Source of the DNA: Torpedo marmorata
Taxonomy: Eukaryota
NCBI GenBank assembly: GCA_977017645.1
Contig: OZ360221.1
Span: 40,424,001 to 40,488,000 of the forward strand
Reading direction: 5' to 3'
DNA length: 64,000 bases
This document shows, in pieces, positions 35,773-47,074 of this stretch (within the stretch, counting starts at the first letter, position 1; the number at the start of each line of letters is the position of its first letter). The notes below the pieces were generated by a model. It worked only from the letters and a program-made list of their open reading frames with translations. It was not told where the DNA came from and did not search any database. The position numbers were made by a program, and so were the translations under genes.

Positions 35773-37254
35773 TTAGGAAAGGAAAACATTCTCTCGTGGA
35801 GTGGCATTGGTGGCTGTGCACAAGAGTGATCTGATTGAATGGAGTGCCTCGGGGAGTACCTCTTGCCAGCGGGAGACTGGTAGACCTCTCGACCTTAGGG
35901 CTAGGAGGGTGGCCTTCCAAACGGTAGCACTCTCCCTCTCCACCTGCCCGTTCCCTCGGGGGTTATAACTGGTGGTCCTACTTGTGGCGATGCCTCTGGC
36001 CAGCAGGTACTGACGCAGCTTATCACTCATAAAAGAGGACCCCCGGTCGCTATGGATATAGCAAGGGTACCCGAACAGGGTGAAAAGGTTGCGTAGGATC
36101 TTGATGACTGTGGCCGTGGTCATGTCCAGGCAGGGGATGGCGAACGGGAAACGTGAGTACTCATCAATAATGTTGAGGAAGTACACGTTGCGGTCAGAGG
36201 AGGGGAGGGGTCCCTTGAAGTCGACGCTCAAGTGTTCAAAGGGGCGGGTGGCTTTTATCAGGTGCGCTCTGTCTGGTTGATAGAAGTGCGGTTTGCACTC
36301 CGCACAGATCTGGCAGTTCCTGGTCATGGTCCTGACCTCCTCAATGGAGTAAGGTAGGTTGCGGGCTTTTATGAAATGGAAGAATCTGGTGACCCCGGGG
36401 TGGCAGAGGTCGTTGAGGAGGGCTTGTAGGCGGTCTATTTGTGCGCTGGCACATGTTCCGCGGGAAAGGGCAACTGGGGGCTCATTGAATTTACTGTAGG
36501 TGAAAAGTTCAATTCTCCACCTCAGAATCTTGTCGTTCTTAATTTTACCTCGCTGTTGGTTATTGAACATAAACGCAACTGAACGTTGGTCAGTTAGCAA
36601 GGTGAATCGTTTTCCGGCGAGGTAGTGCCTCCAGTGCTGCACCGTCTCAACAGTGGCTTGGGCCTCTTTCTCGACAGAGGAGTGTCGGATTTCTGGGCCC
36701 TGGAGGGTGCGGGAAAAGAAAGCTAAGGGTCTGCCCGCTTGGTTGAGGGTGGTGGCCAGGGCGAAATCGGACGCATCGCTCTCCACCTGGAACGGGGTGG
36801 ATTCATCCACAGCGTGCATCGCGGCCTTGGCGATATCCACCTTGATGCGGCTGAAGGCCGCATGGGCCTCTGACGACAGGGGAAAAGAGGTGGATTTGAC
36901 GAGGGGGCGGGATTTGTCGGCATAATTGGGGACCCACTGGGCATAATAGGAAAAGAAGCCCAGGCACCTTTTCAGGGCTTTGAGGCTGTGGGGAAGGGGG
37001 AGTTCCAACAGGGGGTGCATGCGGTCTGGATCTGGGCCAATTACTCCGTCCTGTATGACGCAGCCAAGGATAGCCAGGCGTGTTGCGCCAAAGACGCATT
37101 TATCCTTATTATAGGTAAGGTTGAGGAGCTTGGCGGTCTGAAGGAATTTTTGGAGGTTGGCTTTATGATCCTGTAGGTCATGGCCGCAAATGGTGATATT
37201 ATCCAGATACGGGAATGTGGCCTGCAGCCCGTGCTGGTCGACCATATGGTCCAT
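35773..37254 (-). pseudogene. Pol: RT C-terminal half, RNase H, integrase (frameshifted)
   Basis: FPYLDNITICG, LGFFSYY, ESDASD, TDQRS, HPGV...CQIC, VDFKGP, HSDRGSSF, GNGQVER. Confidence 0.9.
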
Positions 37255-38829
37255 CTCCTGCAGGAACGCTCAGAAAATTATAGAGGCGGCCATCTGCCTC
37301 GAAGGCAGTGTATTGGCGGTCCTCCGGTCGGATGGGGAGTTGGTGGTATGCCGACTTTAAGTCGATGGTGGAGAACACCCGGTGTTGGGCGATCTGGTTT
37401 ACCATGTCGGCTATGCGGGGGAGGGGGTACGCATCCAGCTGAGTATATCTGTTGATGGTCTGACTATAATCGATGACCATCCTGTTCTTCTCCCCATTCT
37501 TTACCACCACCACTTGGGCTCTCCAGGGGCTGGTGCTGGCTTCAATGATCCCCTCCTTCAACAGCCGTTGCACTTCCGACCTGATAAAGGCCCTGTCCCC
37601 AGCACTGTATCGCCTACCTTTGGTGGCCACGGGTTTGCAGTCGGAGGTAAGGTTAGCGAACAGCGGTGGGGGTGTGATCCGGAGGGTAGAAAAGCCGCAG
37701 GTCGCGCGCGGTGGGCGATCGGTGGGTCGCTGGCTGGACGCGATGGGAGGGGGAACCGGGAAGCTTCTGTGGGTGAGTTGCGATGGACGGTTTGCAAACT
37801 GCGGATTACGGATGGTAAGGGGTGGATGGGGCCCATCGTACTCCAACGTCACGCTTTTAAGGTGACATTGGAAGTCTAGCCCCAGTAGCACGTCCGCGCA
37901 GAGCTGTGACATGACTAGTAATTTAAAACGTTTATACTCTGTCCCCAGTACAGTCAGCGTCACTACACAGTAACCGCGGATCTCTGCTGTGTGAGTCTTG
38001 GAAGCCATGGAGACTTTGTGGCTTACCGGCATTACCACGAGGCGGTAACGCTGTACCGTGTCGGGGTGTATAAAACTCTCCGTGCTCCCACTATCGAAGA
38101 GGCAGCTCATCTTGTGGCCATCCACCTCAATGTCCATCATCGATCTGACCAGTTGTTGGGGGCTCCCTTGATCCAGTGTGATGGAGGCCAGTACTGAGTC
38201 GCTGTCGGATTCTGTAGGGGTGATGCGGTGTTCGGGTGTTCGGTCCCAAGATGGCGCCGTCCAAGATGGCGGCCCCCATGGTTCGCACGCGGCGCTGCTG
38301 GGTTGGGAAGATGGCGGCCCCCAAGATGGCGGCGCCCTCTGCTCGCACGCGGCGCTGCTGCGTCTAGAGGGCGGTTGCGACTTACAGACTTTCGCGTAGT
38401 GCCCCTTCTTCCCGCAGTTAGCGCAGACCGCATCTTTCGCCGGGCAGCGATTCCGGGGGTGCTTATCCAACCTGCAAAAGTAGCACTTCGGCTGATTGCG
38501 GGTCATAGCAGCCGTGGTTGAGTCGCTAACGGAACGTGGCGGTGTTCCACAGGCTTGCGGCCCTCCCGTGTCCGAAGACGGCAGCGGCCTCGGCAACCAC
38601 GATGTGGTCGCGCTATCGGCAGAGTACGCATCCATGTTTTGGAGGGCCACTTCTAGCGTGCCCGCTAGGTCCACGGCCCTCTGCAAGTTGAGCTCACCTT
38701 GCTCCAACAGTCTCTGCCTTATGTAGTTCGATCGGATACCGGCGATATAGGCATCTCTTATAAGATCCTCTGTGTACGTCGCGGCCGTAACGGCCATGCA
38801 GTTGCAGGCCTGTCCGAGGCCCGCCCGTA
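37199..38829 (-). pseudogene. Gag C-terminal half (two CCHC knuckles), protease, RT N-terminal half
   Basis: CYFCRLDKHPRNRC and CANCGKKGHYAKVC, LFDSGSTESF, SPWRAQVVVV, RMVIDYSQTIN, IDLKSAYHQ; PFG motif lost by a deletion near 37260. Confidence 0.9.
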
Positions 38830-41308
38830 CAGCCAGTAAGGGGCGTGTGCAGACGACCATAAACATATGTACAGGTATTTACAGTGGTTTACCACAACTC
38901 AATACTTTGATTTATGAAGTCCAATATGCCAAAAGCTCTCTTTACATCCCCATCTACATATGATGCCACTTTCAGGGAATTATGTATCTGTATTCCCAGA
39001 TCCCTCTGTTCTACCGCACTCCTCAGTGTCCTACCATTTACCATGAATGTCCTACCTTGATTGTCCTTCCAATATGTATTTCTAATCTTCAAACTTTAAC
39101 TTCCCGCTGTCAAGACTTTTGAGTGATGTTATTAAGAAGAAATGACTGCGCAGCATTTGAAGTTAACATTCACATTTGGAATTTCCAATGTAATTAAAGT
39201 CAGGAGTGGGCTACCTCTATTTAGGCCTCCGTCCTGAAGGTGGTGTTGTGACTGCTCCACTGTACCCATCCCAGAAGTGTGGGATAACACACAGCTGCTC
39301 TTCAAACTCCTCTATAGCCTTGGATAACGTCACAGATGTGCACTAATATATTTCAGCACAAAAACAGAAAGCACCAGAAGTACTGAGTTGACCAGTAAGC
39401 ATCTCGCAGGAGAGAAATGATGTTCCAGTTCAGTGACATTTTGATCCCTATGGTGATGGGAGGAAAGTTTAGGCGAGACATCAGGGGCACGTTTTTTACT
39501 CAGAGAGTTGAGGGTGCCTGGGATTCATTGCCAGGGGTGGTGGTGGAGGCTGTTAGATAGGCACATTGGTGAAAGAAAAATAGAGGGTTATGTGGTAGGG
39601 AGGGTTTAGGTTTTGTTTGGAAGGAATATATAGATCAGCAGAACATCGAGGGCCGAAGGGCTTGTACTCTGCTACAGTGTTGTAGGTTCTAAATCATCCA
39701 CCCTTATGTGAGCAAGATGATTTGGGTTTTCTGGTTTGTATCTAAAATTCAGCAGTGAAAGCACATCGGGGTTTAGTTTTGTTCTCCTGTAAAGACTCTA
39801 ATCCAAAGGATTCCATGGCATTATTTTGAAGAGTATTTTTTCCTCAATATTCTGGTCAATATTTATCATACAATTAATATCATTATGATTGATTATCTGA
39901 TCACATGTCTCAATGTTGTTTGTAAGAAATTTCTCAGTATAAATAGGCAGTTGCTTTTCTTGTATTTGTATTTTCTAACCACATAGACAGAGGCCATTCT
40001 CTCCTTCGTCACGCTAGCACATAGAGCAACCCCATCAATCTTGTTTTCCCCCACTTCCTTGTAGCATCTTTATCAAAGGCTCATCAATTCCTCCCAATCC
40101 ACCCACTTACTCGAGGAGTACAGCAGCCACCAATGAATCACCTGGTTTGCCTGCCTTGCTGCACGTCTCCAAGATCAGGGTTTGATCCCGACTTCTGCTT
40201 CTCCATGCAGAATTTGCATGCTCACTGGTTTCTGCTGGGTGCTCTGGTTTCCACCAATACCCTGAGAGGATACTGTAAGTTAACTCTGGTGCTGGTGGGT
40301 GGGAGGCAAATTGAATGGAATGGATGGACACATGAGATAGAATAAGTTCCTGGGTAATAATTGGGATACTGTGACTGATGGGTGTTCTGAGGCTAGAAAT
40401 AAACTTGATACTGAATGAGCTCCCTCTGCACCTCAACGAAATACGAAAGAGTCTACACTGCTGGATATTTTCAACAGAGGAATGGATCACAGAGCCAAGG
40501 ACAACTCTCTGCTCCCCTAGTCCTTGCACACCAGTTTGTTTTCCAGCCACAGGAGCTGTATGTGGAGAACGACACAAGTACCAGGGTCGTAGAATCATTG
40601 AATCATGTTCCATGGAAACAGATCCTTCAGCCTACCATGTCTGTGCTGACCATCAAGGACCCATCCACTGTAATCCCATTTACCATTTGTGGTGGAAAAC
40701 ACCAGTGACTTGTTCAAGACCATTGAAACAGATGGGCGATTACAACAATTCTCTCGTTTTGTGATAAGCATTACTAATAACTTAAACATTTCAGATAAAT
40801 GAACAATTGAAATGTCACATGGTGCAACGAGGAAGTTTGTTTTGTGAGCAGTTCAGCTAGACACCCCTTATCTAACACAGCAAGTAACACTCAGTGTGGA
40901 AGTGCAGAGGTACAGAGAGTAATCCGTTATTACAGAGTTGCTTGTGTGAGGTTCGTTCAGGAGACAAAAAAAAACAGCAGGAAATAAACTGCCCTTGAAT
41001 CTGATGGTGCGTGATCTCACACTTGTGAATCTTCTTCCTGATGGGAGGAGGGAGGAGAAAGTGTGGTCAGGGTGAGATGAGCCTTTTTATACATTGGCTG
41101 CTTTTCTAAGGCAGTAGGAGGATGCATCGTACATCAATAACACTGGACAACGAAGATTTTGCTTCCTGAACACTTTTGGGTGTATTTCATGGATTTTGGG
41201 CTGCTGATCACGAAAATCACCTTAAATATCACGTACAATTTTTTTAGATATAATCTATTTTTGTGATTTCCTGTCATATTTTAAATCTACTTCAAGCATA
41301 CAAAACAC

Positions 41309-41536
41309 ATGTCATTGAAAATTCATTTTCTGCATTCGCACTTGGACTTCTTCCCTGCTGATCTTGGTGCAGTCAGTGACGAACATGGTGAAAGGTTTCA
41401 CCAGGTCATTGAAACCTTGGAAAAGCGGTATCAGGGCAACTGGAATCCATCAATGCTGGCCGACTATTGTTGGACACTGACACGAGAGGCATCAGATGCT
41501 GAGTACAAACGAAAATCAGCGGCAAAACATTTTTAG
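41309..41536 (+). pseudogene. C-terminal fragment of a Chapaev3-type (RAG1-related) DDE transposase
   Basis: MSLKIHFLHSHLDFFPADLGAVSDEHGERFHQ...MLADYCW; HxxxxH plus GAxxxExxE pattern. Confidence 0.75.
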
Positions 41537-41570
41537 GTCAGTTGAACTAACGTAATGTGTCAGCATCATT

Positions 41571-41917
41571 TTTTAAAAATATTTTATTTAAAATTTTTAA
41601 ATCACACAATACACAGTTTAAAACGCAAATTTCTCAAATTACATGTGATACATTTTCACCCCCCCTCCCCCCCACCCTCCCCTCCCTAACCCTCCCGAAA
41701 AGAAAGAAAGAAGAAGAAAAGGATAGAGTAAGGAGAATGTCAATCTAAAAAGAACAACTATAAACTGATCTTATTGTGGAGGATAGGCTCGCCAGCCAGA
41801 CCCGATGTCCAGAGATCTTCAAATCCTTAAATGCACAATTTTTATATATGGGCTCCATACTTCCAAAAAGAAATGATACTTATCACGTAAATTATATGTA
41901 ATTTTTTGTAATTATAT
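41571..41917 (-). mobile_element. L1-clade LINE 3' end
   Basis: Minus strand encodes KITYNLRDKYHFFLEVWSPY (L1 ORF2 end) with AATAAA and an A-rich tail; 19-bp TSD GTAATGTGTCAGCATCATT (41552-70, 41918-36). Confidence 0.8.
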
Positions 41918-42464
41918 GTAATGTGTCAGCATCATTATGCAGTTAAACATGCTAAAATTCAATAAAAGTTAATTTAATGATTCTCCAACTTCCTACGTGA
42001 TACAGCAAATCTGAAATTATCTTTGTATTCAGCTTGAAGTTGTCTATCATAATTAGCAATTTTTTTTTCAGGAAACAAACCTTTTGAAAAAATTTGTTGT
42101 CCAGTGTAATTAGGTGGGGAAACCCAGATGCCGTGATTATTATCCGGATTATTGTTTATTTTAGAAGTTTGCCATTCTGCCACCATTTATTGAACTGAAT
42201 TGTGAGGGCAGGCTTTGGGATGGGTTAAATGGAATTGAGTGTTGGAGTTGCTTTACGGTTGGCATTGTGACTGCTCCAGCTGAGCTGATGGTTGCAGTAG
42301 AGGTAGGACTGGCATGGGCAAATGAACTTTACTTTAACATTCAGCTTGCTTTGTGACCCATGTGAACATATTTTGCAATGCGACTTTAGTTTGCTGAAGG
42401 GAAATGGCTGTTTTGATTGTGGAAAGTCTTTAAATAGATGGGTTCACTGGGACAAGCTGGAGTA

Positions 42465-42817
42465 TATGATAGGTATAGACAGAGTAAATGTAGGTAGGCT
42501 TTTTCCACTGAGGGTAGGTGAGATACAAACCAGAAGACATGGGTTAAGGGTGAAAGGGGAGAAGTTTAGGGGGAACATTAGGGGGAACTTCTTCACACAG
42601 AGAGTGGTGGGAGTACGGAATGAGCTGCCAGCTGAAGTGGTGAATGCGGGCTCAATTTTCACATTTAAGAAAAATTTGAACATGTACATGGATGGAAGGG
42701 TATGGAGGGATATGTTCTGGGTGCAGGTCAATGGGACTAGACAGAATAATAGTTCAGCACAGACTAGAAGGGTTGAAGGCCTGTTTTCTGTGCTGTAATG
42801 TTCTATGGTTCTATGAT
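42465..42817 (+). mobile_element. CR1 3' fragment
   Basis: GEKFRGNIRGNFFTQRVVG; TTCTATGG-type tail. Confidence 0.85.
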
Positions 42818-42982
42818 TCCATCAGTCACAGGACTAACATACAGTATTTCACACAAATGACCCTTGTATCATTCAATGCGGCAATTACTGTTGGTACTCC
42901 TGCTCCGTGTATACTTTGCTGACTTCTCTGTTCATAGGTAACATGGGAGGCTTCAGGATTTGTGACAGAAAACGGTGGTGGT

Positions 42983-43858
42983 TCAAGTTCAAGTTCATAT
43001 ACTGTACATATGCAACCCGATGAAAAAGCTTTTCTCTAGTGCGCATGCACATGCACCACATATACTGTATACATAAAGATATAATTTAAAATAAGTATGT
43101 ATAAATATTTTGAATTGATGTACTTGGTTACAGGATACTGTCCATCAATCTCACAGCCTGTAGGGAGAAGCTATTCTCCAGCCTGGCAGTCCTGATTTTG
43201 ATTCTCCCGTACCTCCTTCCTGATGGTAGTGGGTCAAAGATACTGTGTGATGGGTGGAAAGTGTCCTCAATAATTCTCTGAGCCCTATTTAATCAACGGT
43301 CCCGATTAACGACATCAGTAGAGGACAGTGAGACCCCAGTGACCTTCTCGGCCATTTTGATGATCCTCTATTGACTTCCAGTCCAATGCTTTGCAGCTGC
43401 CATGCCACACGATGATGCAGCCAGACAGGGCACTCTCAATTGTGATCCTGTCTGGCTGCATTTCCATGACGGTCGAGGACAGTGTCACCGGGCGGTAGTT
43501 GTTTAGTCCAGTTACCAATGCTCCCTTGGGCACTGGGATGATAGTGGCTGCCTTGAATCCTGTGGGAACAATGTACTGTTGCAGTGAGACTTTGAAGATG
43601 ATTATTAGGACCTCCGTCAGCAGGACTTCACAGTCCTTCAGCACCCGACCAGGTGTGTTGCCTGGTCCTACTACTTTATGTGAGTTCACCCTGGATAGGA
43701 TCCTCCTCACCTCAGCTATGCAGGATGCCTGTTCTTTTGGGGGAGATGGGGCTTTCTTCGGTGTCACGTCGTTTTTCTCATCGAACCGTGGATAGAAGGT
43801 ATTCAACCAGACAAGAAGGGAGGCATCATTGTGGCTGACCCGCAGGGTTGACTTATAG
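42983..43858 (-). mobile_element. Rex1/Babar LINE, internally deleted
   Basis: ORF 43315-43806 FKAATIIPVPK...LNNYRPVTL joined to IESALSGCIIVWHG; (ACTTGA)n tail. Confidence 0.8.
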
Positions 43859-44503
43859 TGGTGCTGTGGTGGGAGGCGTTACCCCTTCTAAACAAGTCAC
43901 TAAACTCACTGTCAATAAAAAAAAATCAGCAGAATCACAATAACAGCATGAATTTATGCAGTATCTTCAATGCACCAAATATCTCAAGGCATTTATCCAG
44001 AGTGTTGTTGATAATCATCAGTAATCTTTGGAAGGAAGCCATTGATATCATGAGATGGTTAAATGTTCAGTCAGAGTGGTGGGTCTAACTTGCCCATTAA
44101 AAGAAAAGAGAGTTTAAAAGGTTTTTGGGGAAAGTTTCAGGACGCAAGTCCTTGTTATCAGATGTCAGAAGTGCGGTGATTAAAATAGGAATATGTTGGA
44201 AACCAAAAGTAAAGGAAATTTATGAATAAGAAGGGCTTAGAAGGGTAAAGACCAAATACAGTCAAATAGGACTAGCCCATAAAGCCAACTTGGTCAGCAT
44301 AGATGAGTTGGGACAAAGGGCCTGTTTTATGCAGCATGACTCCACGAATCTTTAACTCCACGAGAGCAGAGGTCATGAATGTCTGTAGGACATAAGAGAA
44401 TGATGCAAGGAAAGGGAAGGGTGAGGCCATGAGGGGGATTTGAGGATTTTACAACTGAGATGTTTTTCGACCAGTGACCAGTGCAAAAAGGGTCGACAGA
44501 TAA

Positions 44504-45105
44504 CACTGGACAACAAAGATTTTGCTTCCTGAACACTTTTGGGTGTATTTTATGGATTTTGGGCAGCTGATCATGAAAAACTCCTTAAAAGTTTCCTATC
44601 ACGTACTGTTATTTTAGATATAATCTATTTTTGTGATTTCCTGTCATATGCATAATTTGCTTCATGCATTCAAAACCATGTAGTGCAACATGTCATTTTC
44701 TGCATTCGCACTTGGACTTCCTCCCTGCTGATCTTGGTGCAGTCAGTGATGAACATGGCGAAAGGTTTCACCAGGTCATTGCAACCTTGGAAAAGCGGTA
44801 TCAGGGCAACTGGAATCCATCAATGCTGGTCTACTTTTGTTGGACACTGACACGAGAGGCATCAGATGCTGCATACAAACGAAAATCAGCGGCAAAACAT
44901 TTTTAGGTCAGTTGAACTAACGCAATATGTTGGCATCATTATGCAATTAAATATACTAAATTCAATAAAAGTTAATTTAATGTTTCTCCAACCTCCTACG
45001 GGATACAGCAAATCTGAAATTATCTTTGTGTTCAGCTTGAAGTTGTCTATCATCCCCAATTTTTTTTCAGGAAGCAAACCTTTTGAAAAAGTGTGTTGTC
45101 CAGTG
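44504..45105 (+). mobile_element. Chapaev3-like non-autonomous DNA transposon, copy 3
   Basis: Both ends intact, TAA/TTA flanks, HFLHSHLDF...SDEHGERFHQ remnant. Confidence 0.82.
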
Positions 45106-45638
45106 TTACGATTCACTGCATCGAGTGCCAAGCAGCAGAGGGGTTGCAAGGAGGGGTCAATGGAAACATAAGTTTGGAATAGTGGTAACGACCTGTTTCA
45201 GCAGCCGACAAACTGATGTTACTGAGATGGTGTACGACCTTGGGCCAGGTGCAGTCAGAAGCTCTGCCTGAGGGCCAAAACGCAACATGAATTTGTGTAG
45301 GGTGTGACTCTGCTCCTGGTAGCTGCTGGGATGGAAATGGTGGTCATGGAATCAAGCTTGTGATGGGAACAAAGTCAGTGGCTCAGTCCTTGAAAGATTT
45401 AGTTGGAAAGCATTTCTGCTCATTCTGAACTGATGCAATGTGATGAGAACCAAGAGAGATAATGACGTCATCATTGGTGTATCTGCAGAACCTGACAAGT
45501 CTCGATAAAAGGACTCGACCTGAACCGTTGACTGGCCATTTCTACCAAGGATGCTGCCTGACCTATTCAGTTCCTCCAGCAGCTCATTGTTTGATTACGT
45601 TTTCATGTTGTGTTGCTGAGGAGCACTGGAAGGTGAGA

Positions 45639-46978
45639 AACACAAATGCTGGAGAAACTCAGCAGGTCAAACAGTGTCTTTTATGTAGCAAAGGTAGAAA
45701 TACATAACCGACGTTTCGAGCTTGAGCCCTTCATCAAAGTATGAGAAAATGCCGGCAGGCGTCCGAACAAAGGAGTGAGGGGGGAAGGGGGATGGCAAAG
45801 GCAGGAGATGATAGGTGGAGAAAGGAGGGAGGGGACAGCAGCAAAGAGGGGGAGGAGGGATGGCTGGGTAGCTGGAGAAAAACAGGAAGGACAGGTGAGG
45901 GGGGAGGGGAAGGGAACAACAAGCAGGTTTAGTGGAAAGCAGAAAAGTCAATGTTAATGCCATCTGGCTGGAGAGTGCCGAGACGGAATATGAGATGTTG
46001 TTCCTCCAATTTGCGGGTAGTCTGGGTGGGATAGTACATGAGGCCATGGACAGACATGTGAGTGTGGGAGTGTGACCCGGAATTAAAATGGTTGGCTACT
46101 GGGAGGTCGCTGTTGTTGCGGACGGAGAGGAGGTGCTCAGCAAAGCGGTCTCCCAATAGGGACCGCTCCCAATAGGGACCGCTCCCTCCGCGATTCACTT
46201 GTGCACTCATCCCTCCCCACCCATCGCACCCCCGGAACCTTCCCATTGTGCCCGCAGGAGGTGCAACACCTGCGCCCACACCTCCCCCCTCACCACGGTC
46301 CAGGGCCCCAAACAGGCCTTCCAAGTGAAACTACACTTCACTTTTACATCCAGAGGACTTATTTACTGCATCCGGTGCTCCCTTTGTGGCTTTCTATACA
46401 TTGGAGAGACCAGTCGTAGATTGGGAGACCGCTTTGCTGAGCACCTCCTCTCCGTCCGCAACAACAGCGACCTCCCAGTAGCCAACCATTTCAATTCTGG
46501 GTCACACTCCCACACTCACATGTCTGTCCATGGCCTCATGTACTATCCCACCCAGACTACCCGCAAATTGGAGGAACAACATCTCATATTCCGTCTCGGC
46601 ACTCTCCAGCCAGATGGCATTAACATTGACTTTTCTGCTTTCCACTAAACCTGCTTGTTGTTCCCTTCCCCTCCCCCCTCACCTGTCCTTCCTGTTTTTC
46701 TCCAGCTACCCAGCCATCCCTCCTCCCCTCTTTGCTGCTGTCCCCTCCCTCCTTTCTCCACCTATCATCTCCTGCCTTTGCCACCCCCCTTCCCCCCTCT
46801 CACTCTTTTGTTCGGACGCCTGCCGGCATTTTCTCATACTTTGATGAAGGGCTCAAGACCGAAACGTCGGTTATGTATTTCTACCTTTGCTACATAAAAG
46901 ACACTGTTTGACCTGCTGAGTTTCTCCAGCTTTTGTGTTTTTTACTTCAACCACGGTGTCCACAGATTTTCGTGTTTT
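45639..46978. mobile_element. Penelope insertion with an inverted duplicate of its 3' end
   Basis: 45639-46158 (minus) mirrors 46420-46940 (plus); GIY-YIG ORF 46199-46648 (GLIYCIRCSLCGFLYIGETSRRLGDRFAEH); 14-bp direct repeat ACTGGAAGGTGAGA at 45625-38 and 46979-92. Confidence 0.9.
45703..45743 (-). ncRNA. Minimal hammerhead ribozyme motif (Penelope-type)
   Basis: CAUACU-UUGAUGA-A-GGGC(UCAA)GCUC-GAAACGUC-GGUUAUG: core boxes, helix II, palindromic ACGU, GUC site, helix I with one bulge. Confidence 0.65.
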
Positions 46979-47074
46979 ACTGGAAGGTGAGAGTTGGGGC
47001 AGGGTCTAGGCGCACAGCTGGAGCTCTGGGCATCATCTGATGTGATGGCGTGGGAGTGAAGAGAAGATACTGCA

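Larger units (their letters stand above)
35036..38896 (-). mobile_element. Ty3/Gypsy (Mag-like) LTR retrotransposon with deleted 5' LTR/PBS/gag start
   Basis: 234-bp 3' LTR at 35036-35269 (TGTGG...CATCA), only 67 bp of the 5' LTR (38830-38896), PPT AAAAGGAGGGGTGAA, 5-bp TSD ACTCA. Confidence 0.93.
34480..39075 (-). mobile_element. CR1 3' fragment split by the Gypsy insertion (34480-35035 and 38897-39075)
   Basis: ORF 34639-34989 RPNLEYCVQFWSPNYRKD; the empty site reads continuously across ACTCA. Confidence 0.88.
41141..42106 (+). mobile_element. Chapaev3-like non-autonomous DNA transposon, copy 2 (contains an L1 insertion)
   Basis: CACTGGACAAC...GTTGTCCAGTG ends, perfect 3-bp TAA TSD (41138-40, 42107-09), transposase C-terminal remnant. 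Confidence 0.82.
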
